The notes below the pieces were generated by a model, which saw only the letters and a program-made list of their open reading frames with translations, was not told the origin of the DNA and did not search any database. From IMG/VR virus record IMGVR_UViG_3300005617_000584: 64,000 nt of DNA. One strand, given 5' to 3'. Positions 35,830 to 44,328 of this stretch are shown here, piece after piece (the stretch's first letter is position 1; every line of letters starts with the position of its first letter). Both the position numbers and the translations under genes were made by a program. This stretch comes from an uncultured virus (IMG/VR IMGVR_UViG_3300005617_000584). Taxonomy: Duplodnaviria > Heunggongvirae > Uroviricota > Caudoviricetes.

Positions 35830-37926
35830 ATGCAAAAGCTTCTGATAGTCAGTGACGCTCCGTCGTTATTCAGTGGGCAAGCGAGAGTTGTGAGGGAATT
35901 TGCTCGGCGGTTTCTTGATTTTGGTGTTCAAGTCGTCGTTGCTGGATGGTTTTTAGACGCCGCTGAAGAGCCTGATGTTCCGTTCCCCTATCCCGTGGTC
36001 CTCGCGCATAAGCTCCACCCTGAAACGCTCGAAGCGACCATCAAGGACTTCCAGCCGGATACCGTGCTTGCGATCGGGGATCCCTGGGACTTTACGTGGC
36101 TGTCGGCGTATCGGTCTCAGAACCCGAGGTTTCGGCTCTTCGGCCATCTGAACATTGAGGCCGAGCTCCCCACGTCCATGGAGCGGGTCCTGGACGGATT
36201 TGACGGTATCGTGACCACCAGCGAATACGGTCGCCAACAGGTAGGGAGATCGCGTGCGATTGCGATCCACTACGGCGTCGATATGAAGGTGTTCCGACCC
36301 CTCGATCCCCCAGAAGTGTTCCTGGGCAAGCCCAAGGCCGAGACGTTTGTGGTCTTAATCAATTCCCAGAATACGCACCGGAAAAATCTGCCGGTGGCCG
36401 TGCAGGCATTTACGACGTTCGCCAAGGGTAAATCCAACGTGCTCTGTTACATGAATTGCACGATCAAGCCTGAAAACGGGTTTGACCTGTACGACCAGAT
36501 CGTCAGGGCGGAGGCGGAGCGGCTCTTCTTCTTTAATCCTGGCAATCACGGCCCGCATGCGACGGTGAATGACGAGTCCATGAATCAGATCTACTCCGCC
36601 GCCGATTGCCTGTTGATTACCTCCTGTGCCGAAGGCTTCGGGTTGCCAGTGCTGGAAGCAATGGCGACCCGGACGCTCGTCATTGCTCCAGACGCGTATT
36701 CGATGTCCGAGCTCGTTTCGACGAATCGAGGTGTGCTTTATCCGGTAGCTGCTGGCTTCATGGGGGCCGCAGGAGCGATGGTGGTGATGCCAGGGCACGA
36801 GGAGATTACCGAGGCCCTCGAAGGCGCCTACAGGGCCTGGGAGACACGCACAGAGCCCTCCTGGTGGTTCAAGTACATCAACCTGGCTCAAGCATTTGCC
36901 ATGAGCAAGACCTGGGACGTGAGCTTCAAGAAGCTCCAGATCTTCATGGAGACCTCGGCCAAGCCTCAGCGCTCTCTCGAATCCGGAGCGCCGATCGATG
37001 GGCTGTCCCGGATCCGGGCGCGAAAGCTCGCCAGCCGCCATAAGGCGACGGGCGTGCTCAAGATGGGCGGCCTGGGCGATATGCTCCAGGCGACCCGCGT
37101 GCTGCGGACGTGCCATGAGAAGACCGGCGAGCGTTTCGTGGTCTTCTGCAACAACCATCCGGATGTCTTCCGGCAACTCCCCGAAGTGGACGAAGTAGTG
37201 ATCGTGGCAGGCGGCGCCCAGGATCAAGCGGTCCGGAGCGTGGCTCCGGCGTTTGAGCGCTTCATCGACATCCGTTATGTATCAATGCGATACGAGGCAT
37301 TTGGCAATCCCCAGCCTTCGGCGTATGCCCTCCGCTACCGGGCCTACTACGATTTTTGGACCCAGGTGAACTCGAGGATCGCGGTTTTGGGACATCACAC
37401 CACCAAAATCATGTTGTCCAGTCTCGAGCTGAATTCAGAGACCATCACGCCGGTCTATACGCTCCGAGAAGACCCACCCCCGCTCCCCCAGAACTACGTG
37501 GTGATCGCCACCGGCCCCCGGGAGTCCCTGAAATCCTGGCCGGGCCTGCGGTGGCGGGAGTTTGTGGCGACGATCGATCGGCCTGCCGTCCAGGTGGGCG
37601 CCAAGACTGATCCCTGGGTCGAGGGCGCGGTCGATATGCGCGGCCTCTCGATCCCGGTGACGGCCTCGATTTTGGAGCTTGCCAATGGGATGCTCGCCGT
37701 GGAAGGCGGCATCGTGCACCTGGCGGCCGCCGTGGGACTCCGCTCGAGCGTGATCTTTGGGCCAACGCCGATTGTGAGCTTTGGGTATCCCACCAACCAG
37801 AATTTCGGCTCCCAGAACTGCCCGCCGTGCTTCTGGCATGAAGGCTGGGCGCACGCCATCTGTTCGATGGGCGCCGGGTCTTGTATGAATTTCCCCGAAG
37901 TCCAGGAGACGCTCAAATGGGCATGA
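35830..37926 (+). CDS. GT4 glycosyltransferase fused to a GT9 (heptosyltransferase-like) domain
   Basis: RKNL, EGFGLPVLEAMA (GT4); KMGGLGDML, EGGIVHLAAAVG, IFGPT (GT9). Confidence 0.9.
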   Translation: MQKLLIVSDAPSLFSGQARVVREFARRFLDFGVQVVVAGWFLDAAEEPDVPFPYPVVLAHKLHPETLEATIKDFQPDTVLAIGDPWDFTWLSAYRSQNPRFRLFGHLNIEAELPTSMERVLDGFDGIVTTSEYGRQQVGRSRAIAIHYGVDMKVFRPLDPPEVFLGKPKAETFVVLINSQNTHRKNLPVAVQAFTTFAKGKSNVLCYMNCTIKPENGFDLYDQIVRAEAERLFFFNPGNHGPHATVNDESMNQIYSAADCLLITSCAEGFGLPVLEAMATRTLVIAPDAYSMSELVSTNRGVLYPVAAGFMGAAGAMVVMPGHEEITEALEGAYRAWETRTEPSWWFKYINLAQAFAMSKTWDVSFKKLQIFMETSAKPQRSLESGAPIDGLSRIRARKLASRHKATGVLKMGGLGDMLQATRVLRTCHEKTGERFVVFCNNHPDVFRQLPEVDEVVIVAGGAQDQAVRSVAPAFERFIDIRYVSMRYEAFGNPQPSAYALRYRAYYDFWTQVNSRIAVLGHHTTKIMLSSLELNSETITPVYTLREDPPPLPQNYVVIATGPRESLKSWPGLRWREFVATIDRPAVQVGAKTDPWVEGAVDMRGLSIPVTASILELANGMLAVEGGIVHLAAAVGLRSSVIFGPTPIVSFGYPTNQNFGSQNCPPCFWHEGWAHAICSMGAGSCMNFPEVQETLKWA

Positions 37927-38987
37927 TCGGCTTCAGTGGCTTCTTCATGGACGCAAGCGGCTATGGCATGGCCGCCATGCGGATGGTGCGGGCGATTGAG
38001 GCGGCGGGAGAGAAGGTGAAGCCCCTGTTCAGCGTGACGGATGGTGAGCACGCGATGGATGGTCCTGGGGCTGTCTGGGCGGCCGAGGACGTGGCGCAGC
38101 ACTGGGATCACCATCTGATCTTCTGTATCGCGGATCAGTTTCACCACATGACGATGATCCCTGGCCCCCATATTGGGATGACGACCTGGGAGACGTCCAC
38201 ACTGCACGAGGACATGGTGGCGGGCTGCCAGAACGTCGATATGGTGATCGTCCCGTCGCAGCACAATGTCGACGTGTTCGAAGAGGCCGGGATCCCGGTG
38301 AGTCTTGTGCCTTATCCGGTCGCATTGCCGGTTGCATTGCCGGTTGTGCCGGTAGAGTTGGCAGCCATCACGGAGGACACGTTCGTCTTCTACACCGTCG
38401 CGACCTGGCAGGAACGGAAGAATATTCTCGGATTGATCACTGCGTTTTTGACTTCACATACTGGAAATGAGACAGTTGAATTAGTCATTAAGACCCATGG
38501 CAATGCTCTGTCGATTGCCAGTGAAATAAACCGCCATCGAACGACCCTGAATTTGCGCGGTCCCGGGCCGAAGATCACTGTGATCACCCGGCCTCTGAGT
38601 GAAGATGAGCTCTGGGGACTGCACCAGCGCGGCGATTGCTTTGTGAGCCTAACCCGAGGTGAAGCATATGGGCTCCCGATCTTGGATGCGGCGGTCGCGG
38701 AAAATCCTCTCATTGTGTCTGGCTATGGCGGGCACCTTGATTATCTCGATAATCAGCCAGGCGTTGCACTCGTGGATGGTCGGATGGCTCCTGTAGTCCA
38801 GCCGTATGCGCTCTATAGCGCCGACCAGGAGTGGTTCGACCCTGATTTGCTGGATGCCTCAGCGAAAATGCGAGAGGTCGCCGTCCTGGGACGCTCCCAG
38901 CGGTACATTCGCACTTTCTCGAATCTGAAGTACGAGATAGTTGGAACTCGGCTTCTGGAGTGTCTAAATGGCAACCGATCTGGGTAA
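37923..38987 (+). CDS. Glycosyltransferase family 4
   Basis: SGYG, TTWET, ERKN, RGEAYGLPILDA. Confidence 0.88.
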   Translation: MIGFSGFFMDASGYGMAAMRMVRAIEAAGEKVKPLFSVTDGEHAMDGPGAVWAAEDVAQHWDHHLIFCIADQFHHMTMIPGPHIGMTTWETSTLHEDMVAGCQNVDMVIVPSQHNVDVFEEAGIPVSLVPYPVALPVALPVVPVELAAITEDTFVFYTVATWQERKNILGLITAFLTSHTGNETVELVIKTHGNALSIASEINRHRTTLNLRGPGPKITVITRPLSEDELWGLHQRGDCFVSLTRGEAYGLPILDAAVAENPLIVSGYGGHLDYLDNQPGVALVDGRMAPVVQPYALYSADQEWFDPDLLDASAKMREVAVLGRSQRYIRTFSNLKYEIVGTRLLECLNGNRSG

Positions 38988-39450
38988 CCTCGCCGATCAG
39001 CTTGACCTGGAGCTGGCTCATGAAGTGGACTATCCCGGCATCATCGAGTTGTTGCAGGGCGCCGTGACGTACGTCAATGCCTCGGGCGCGACCTCCTTCA
39101 CGTTGACCGGAACCACCCTCGACCGCGATGCCACATCCCTTGAGCAGGCCCTCCTCATACTGTACGGCATGTTGATCCATCTGCGCTCAGAATCGATCCG
39201 CTGGTCCAAGGTGGCGATCGTCCACAGCAACGTGGCGGGCCGCACCAAGATCGACGGTGTGGAATTCGCGCTCTCGAAGCGCGCCAACGATATCCGTGCG
39301 GAAATTGCGAATCTGGTTGCCCAGCTGGGCCTCAGCGACGTGATCGCGGACGTGGCAGCGGAAGAGCTCGGCGAGACCCTGCCGTACACCTGGCCGTATG
39401 GACGCTATGCGCGCAATCCTCTGCAGTATCCCTACCCTGGCTATGTCTAA
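38968..39450 (+). CDS. Putative head-tail adaptor
   Basis: Size, helical character and position at the start of the neck block. Confidence 0.6.
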   Translation: MATDLGNLADQLDLELAHEVDYPGIIELLQGAVTYVNASGATSFTLTGTTLDRDATSLEQALLILYGMLIHLRSESIRWSKVAIVHSNVAGRTKIDGVEFALSKRANDIRAEIANLVAQLGLSDVIADVAAEELGETLPYTWPYGRYARNPLQYPYPGYV

Positions 39451-39914
39451 TGCCTCTTAAGGATCGAGCGGCCTATAACGCCTATCGCCGGAAATGGCGA
39501 GCGGCTAATCCTGATCTGTATAGATCTGCCTGTAAGCGCCAGGCTGTTTCTCCAGTAAGTGGGGCTTCTAGGCGTGAATGGTATTCGGCTAATAGAAAAG
39601 ATCTTGTCGCTCAGTCGGTTGAGTGGGGTAAGAACAATAGAGCTCGACGGCTCGAGATAGTACGTAAGTATAAATACGGTATCACGGCTCAGCAATACGA
39701 GGAGTTATTCGTATTCCAGGGGGGTGTGTGCTGGATTTGTCAAGAGTCAGGAGAGCTCCACGTTGACCATGATCATGCTACTGGTCAGGTCCGTGGCCTG
39801 TTGTGTAGGACTTGCAATACCGGATTTATAGCGGCTATTGAGAGGAAGGGCTTCAATCTTGAAGCTATGCAGCGAGCTCTGGATTACCTGAAGAATCCTC
39901 CATTCACGTCATGA
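39450..39914 (+). CDS. Endonuclease VII-like homing endonuclease
   Basis: KYGIT...QGGVCWIC...LHVDHDH.TG.VRGLLCRTCN; AT-richer than flanks. Confidence 0.9.
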   Translation: MPLKDRAAYNAYRRKWRAANPDLYRSACKRQAVSPVSGASRREWYSANRKDLVAQSVEWGKNNRARRLEIVRKYKYGITAQQYEELFVFQGGVCWICQESGELHVDHDHATGQVRGLLCRTCNTGFIAAIERKGFNLEAMQRALDYLKNPPFTS

Positions 39915-40288
39915 GCATCCTAAACGCTTCGCAGAAGGCTGCGATAAAGCGCATCAGAGCTCTTGCGTGGAACAGGCCTTTCACTGTTGAGCAAGTTGTT
40001 AGGACTGTTGGTACGGAATTCTACGATAGTCCTACTGATGTTGTAACTTCTATTCCGTTATTTGCCGACTGGACGTGGAATCCGCAGCTGCGGGTCAAGG
40101 GCTCCCAGGGTGGCGAGTTCACCGAATCGGACTTGCTCCTGGCCTGCGACATTCTGAATTCCGGGGCCATGGTGTTCTCGGGCTCGAGGTTGTTGGTGGA
40201 CGGGATCCGTTTGGCGATCTTGAGCGTGAATCCCTTTGAGGATAGCGGCGAGATCGTTGTCTCAGCGAGGCGGATCGAAACGAGTTAA
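39911..40288 (+). CDS. Putative head closure protein
   Basis: 125-aa beta-rich protein at the neck position. Confidence 0.6.
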   Translation: MSILNASQKAAIKRIRALAWNRPFTVEQVVRTVGTEFYDSPTDVVTSIPLFADWTWNPQLRVKGSQGGEFTESDLLLACDILNSGAMVFSGSRLLVDGIRLAILSVNPFEDSGEIVVSARRIETS

Positions 40289-40341
40289 GCGAGGTCTGGC
40301 GTGGAGCACTAAGAGCACGTTGTATTGGCGAGGTGTACGCA

Positions 40342-40632
40342 ATGGCTGAACCCGAAACACGACTAGATATCGAGTTGAATCGCGCTGTGAAGAATTCCGT
40401 GCGACACGCAAAGCGCTCTCTCCTGGACTTCGTGGATCTTCAGATGGCCTTGCACGGGGAAAATGCCCACGAAATCTTCTGGCAAAGTTTTAAGAGACGT
40501 ATCCACAATGACCTGAGTTTGGTCGGGGATCAAGTATTGGCGTCCCTGCAGATCTACAAGAACGGGGGCACGATTCCGGCTTTTGGCCGTACTCCGGAAG
40601 AGCTCGCGGCGGTGGGGCGTACTGACGGGTAA
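40342..40632 (+). CDS. Hypothetical protein
   Basis: gaggtg RBS; coupled to the next gene. Confidence 0.6.
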   Translation: MAEPETRLDIELNRAVKNSVRHAKRSLLDFVDLQMALHGENAHEIFWQSFKRRIHNDLSLVGDQVLASLQIYKNGGTIPAFGRTPEELAAVGRTDG

Positions 40633-41414
40633 TGCCTAAATACTTAGGTCGCCCGGGCTGGGACGAGCCCATGCCTAGCCTTGGCGGAAGCGGCAGCAGC
40701 CGTGGCGGCATCACGGTCACCGCGCATCTCACCCCTGCAGGCCGCGCACGGTTGAAGAATGTGGTCAAGCAGGTACAGATCAATATGAATACGGAGCTGC
40801 GCAAGGCGATGCAGCGGCTGAAGCAAGAGGCCGCATCGCTGGCACCGGGGCCAAACGAAGAAGCGTTAATCTTGTCGAAGGGTGTTGCTGCGGATGGTGT
40901 TCGAGCAGGTCAGGAAGTCGGCGTTCCGACTGGGGGTCGCTTCTTTCGTGATGGCTCGATGATTCCGCTCCGTGAAGCCATTCTGCGGTCTCCGATTACG
41001 GAGCGTACGGTCAAGGGGATGGTCGTTCTGGATGGCGTCAGTGCGGCGTGGATCAACGCGCGCACGGGCTTCTCCTGGCATACGAAGCGGCGTGGCCTGC
41101 AGGGGCCGACGTTGCCGTTCAACCGGGCTTATGTTCAAACCCTCGAAAATGGGGGCGCGGTCTGGACCGTGACTCCTCGGGAGCGGGACTACGATTCAGC
41201 CAATCTGGCCGCTATTTTCGGTAGTGGTGGCGCTGGGAAGCGAAGCTTTACCACGGTCAAGAAGGGGCTGAACCCGGAACCTGGAAATTACACCTCCGAG
41301 ATGATCAAGACGCTGGAGCCGCGTGGCATGTTTCGGCAGGCCCGTGCTTTTGGGCTGCCTGTGGTGGATAAGAGCCTTAGAACGGCATGTCGCCAAGCGG
41401 GACGGGCAAGGTGA
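40632..41414 (+). CDS. Putative neck/tail completion protein
   Basis: Basic protein; A..LAP, Y...LE.G and PR.MFR.A patterns; position. Confidence 0.65.
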   Translation: MPKYLGRPGWDEPMPSLGGSGSSRGGITVTAHLTPAGRARLKNVVKQVQINMNTELRKAMQRLKQEAASLAPGPNEEALILSKGVAADGVRAGQEVGVPTGGRFFRDGSMIPLREAILRSPITERTVKGMVVLDGVSAAWINARTGFSWHTKRRGLQGPTLPFNRAYVQTLENGGAVWTVTPRERDYDSANLAAIFGSGGAGKRSFTTVKKGLNPEPGNYTSEMIKTLEPRGMFRQARAFGLPVVDKSLRTACRQAGRAR

Positions 41415-41932
41415 CGATCACGATCGACCGGCGCTGGCTGGATATCCCGTTTTCGATGTTCCGGTGGCTCAAGACGTATGCGTATACCATCGACGCCACG
41501 ACTGGGACCCTGGCTCAGCATCACCAGGCCCTGACGATCATGCATGCCTATCCGGATGACCTCACGGTCCTGCGGACCCCGACTGTGGCCCTGACGGCGC
41601 CCATGCAGGGCCAGCCCGATCAGGACTTCTTTGGGGAGGCTCCGGGAACTGAGATCTACGCAATGGAAATCTACGGGTTCGTGGTGGGCCGGGCGGATGA
41701 TCACGCCAGTAAGACCTACAGAGATCGACTGTTAAATGATTTGTATCGTTTACTCGTAGATGTTGCTAGAATAGAAGGAGTAGCACTGTTTAGCCAGGCC
41801 GCGCCCTCCGACCCCGCCTACGGGCGTCTGGAAGTGATAAACGCTCGAGGACGCAAGCTCCCCGCAAATACGTTCGACGTGCCTGCGGAGCGCTATAAGT
41901 TCATCCTCGAGTTTGAAATTGGGTTCAATTAG
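41411..41932 (+). CDS. Putative tail terminator protein
   Basis: YP....P.V motif; precedes the tail tube gene. Confidence 0.6.
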   Translation: MTITIDRRWLDIPFSMFRWLKTYAYTIDATTGTLAQHHQALTIMHAYPDDLTVLRTPTVALTAPMQGQPDQDFFGEAPGTEIYAMEIYGFVVGRADDHASKTYRDRLLNDLYRLLVDVARIEGVALFSQAAPSDPAYGRLEVINARGRKLPANTFDVPAERYKFILEFEIGFN

Positions 41933-41944
41933 CCAGGAGGAACA

Positions 41945-42346
41945 ATGCGAGCCAATTCAAGAGAACATCATTGGGCCTGGAAGGGTGGACATACTAAATC
42001 CCCGGAGGGCTATATGGTGCGGACACTACCAAGGGATCATCCATTGATCTCGATGGCTCATAAGGGTCGAAATGCTTGGCAGACTACAGTCCTAGAACAC
42101 AGGCTAGTTATGGCCGAGCATCTTGGTAGGGTGCTGGAGAGATACGAGACCGTGCATCACATCAACGGTCAACGTGATGACAACAGGATAGAAAACCTTC
42201 AACTGCGAGTTGGCAGGCATGGTAAGGGCGTAATTGCACGATGCCGTGACTGCAAATCTCGGAGTGTTGAATACGTGCCGCTCGATGATGTAGGGCCAGG
42301 TGAGCAAGAATTTTCCCTAACGAGTTTACTCAGAGGTATTTACTAG
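41945..42346 (+). CDS. HNH homing endonuclease
   Basis: WKGG, EHRLVMAEHLGR.L...E.VHHING.RDDNRIENL. Confidence 0.92.
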   Translation: MRANSREHHWAWKGGHTKSPEGYMVRTLPRDHPLISMAHKGRNAWQTTVLEHRLVMAEHLGRVLERYETVHHINGQRDDNRIENLQLRVGRHGKGVIARCRDCKSRSVEYVPLDDVGPGEQEFSLTSLLRGIY

Positions 42347-42371
42347 CATCAACTAAGAAGGGGACTCACCT

Positions 42372-43157
42372 ATGGCTCTATCAGGTCGTCGGTTTCGACG
42401 TAGAAAAAAGGAAGACATTTTCGTTGACGGGTATTTCATCGATCACGCCAACGACGTAGTTCCCGGTCTCGACCGGGCCGATGAAACGTTCCACCTGTTC
42501 GGTAAGGACTCGCCGGAAACGGACGTCCAGAGCAACTACGGCACGTTGCAGCTCGCCGTGCTGGACAAGTATACGAACAACGCGCTGCTCGACTTGGTCA
42601 CGTCGCACGATCCGACCTCGACTGCGGCACGTGAGTACAACGTCAACGACCTGACCGGCGTCACGGTGTTTGCGAATGTGAAGAACACCGACAATTCGGC
42701 GTACGTGAAGTCGTGGATGATCGCGCAGTGGGTGCCGGGTATGCCGATGCCGTCCGGGGGACCGAACGACAAGGCGTCGTATTCGGTGACAGGAAACGGA
42801 AATCTGCCGCGTCAGTTCCACGGCGCGTGGATCAATGCCAAGAAGATCGCATCTGGTTCGAACTTGGGCGTGACGCCGGTGCAGGTTCCGGCAACGGGCC
42901 TGACGGGTGCGGCGACCGGGATTTACGCTGTGGAAGTCCGCGCACTTTATACCACTGGCGGAGTATTCCAACAGACGGTTGTGGTGCCGTCGACCACGCT
43001 GGTGACATCTGCTGGCGTGATTTCGTGGTCAGAGTTGACCACGCTGGCCGGAACGGAACTGACTGGAACTCCGACCCACGCGTGGATCGCGTATCTGCAA
43101 AGTGGCACCGGGGTCTATCCGACCACGGCGAATACGCCACAGGGTACCCACGCTTAA
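42372..43157 (+). CDS. Major tail (tube) protein
   Basis: 261 aa; position before chaperone and tape measure genes; followed by a hairpin. Confidence 0.75.
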   Translation: MALSGRRFRRRKKEDIFVDGYFIDHANDVVPGLDRADETFHLFGKDSPETDVQSNYGTLQLAVLDKYTNNALLDLVTSHDPTSTAAREYNVNDLTGVTVFANVKNTDNSAYVKSWMIAQWVPGMPMPSGGPNDKASYSVTGNGNLPRQFHGAWINAKKIASGSNLGVTPVQVPATGLTGAATGIYAVEVRALYTTGGVFQQTVVVPSTTLVTSAGVISWSELTTLAGTELTGTPTHAWIAYLQSGTGVYPTTANTPQGTHA

Positions 43158-43208
43158 GACTGCGTAGCTGCCGCGCAAAGCGGCCTGAATTAAGCCAGCG
43201 CTATCCCC

Positions 43209-43232
43209 GAGGGGGGCCTCACGGCCCCCCTC
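43209..43232 (+). terminator. GC-rich hairpin after the tail tube gene
   Basis: gaggggggcc-tcac-ggcccccctc. Confidence 0.55.
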
Positions 43233-43268
43233 ACCCATCGAAACGCTAGCCAGGAGTAAGGAGATACT

Positions 43269-44000
43269 ATGAGTCTGTCTCTGTTTGACCTCAATAAGGA
43301 ATTCAAGTCGTACACAATCACTGCCACGGATGGACAAACGATGGAAGTGTGTGTGCGCGCCGTTGACCACGCCTCCAACATGAAGCTTCTTCAGCTGATG
43401 GATGAGAAGCGCGCTGAAATTACGATCGAGATGAGCGAAGAGAAGAGTCGGTCGGGTCTGCGGGAGCGTATTGCCGAACAGTCTATCCAGTCGTTGATCG
43501 ATGGCGTGATGCAGCTTGAGCGCCCCACCGTAGAAGCCAATGCTGACCTGGCCCCGGGCGAAGATGAACTGACGCCAGAACAACAAGAGGCGGCCGCCTT
43601 GGCGAGGTGGGATACCAAGCGCAGGCAGGAACTCGCCGAAATCACCCGTGAAGCCCTCCAAGATCTGCTTTTCCTGCGCCAGACCACCCTCATGAGTCAA
43701 GCCAAGCTGGTCGATGCCTTCACGGATATTCAGCTCGAGCAGATGATCGTGGATCCCAAGACCTTTGCGCCGATGCTGAGCTCCGACCGAAAAGCTGTGA
43801 ACTATGTGGGCAAGCTGATGCCAGCGACCCGCAAGGCGCTGATGGATGTCCGTCAGGAATTTCTGGACGGCCTCGATGAAAAGAGTATTCGGCGTCTTGC
43901 GGATGATGGGCATTTTTTGTCCTCTGGCGAGTCGCAGCCAAGGTTGGAAAGTGGCCCGCCTACAACGATCGAGAGCCCCTCAGAATCCCAAGCTGGGTAA
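43269..44000 (+). CDS. Tail assembly chaperone (G-like)
   Basis: aaggag RBS; between tube and tape measure genes; slippery T TTT TTG at 43913-43919. Confidence 0.8.
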   Translation: MSLSLFDLNKEFKSYTITATDGQTMEVCVRAVDHASNMKLLQLMDEKRAEITIEMSEEKSRSGLRERIAEQSIQSLIDGVMQLERPTVEANADLAPGEDELTPEQQEAAALARWDTKRRQELAEITREALQDLLFLRQTTLMSQAKLVDAFTDIQLEQMIVDPKTFAPMLSSDRKAVNYVGKLMPATRKALMDVRQEFLDGLDEKSIRRLADDGHFLSSGESQPRLESGPPTTIESPSESQAG

Positions 44001-44302
44001 TCGCGGTCTACGCCAAGCGCAATTGGCTTGATGGGGTCGAAGAAGTAGCGGCTCGGTTCTCGGAATATGGGACGCCGACCAAGCTTGAGCGATATATCCC
44101 CCAGTATTTTAACGGCTGGGCGGAGCAAATGCGCTCACTGGAGAAAGAAAAACAGCAGCACCGCTCTGACTCCGAGGATGACATTACAACATTCAAGGGG
44201 TTTGGGAAGAAGCCGGGTGAGGATGGGAAGGAAGAGGACGATGAAGCCATGGCGCAATTCTATGACTACATCGAGTGGACGCTAGCGGGACATGTCGAAT
44301 AA
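43913..44302 (+). CDS. Tail assembly chaperone frameshift extension (GT-like), reached by -1 frameshift
   Basis: The -1 frame is open from the slippery site (FVLWRVAAKVGKWP...WTLAGHVE) to TAA 44300-44302, filling the gap to the tape measure gene. Confidence 0.8.
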   Translation, partial: FFVLWRVAAKVGKWPAYNDREPLRIPSWVIAVYAKRNWLDGVEEVAARFSEYGTPTKLERYIPQYFNGWAEQMRSLEKEKQQHRSDSEDDITTFKGFGKKPGEDGKEEDDEAMAQFYDYIEWTLAGHVE

Positions 44303-44328
44303 TGTAATACAGTGACTTAGGAGCCCAC

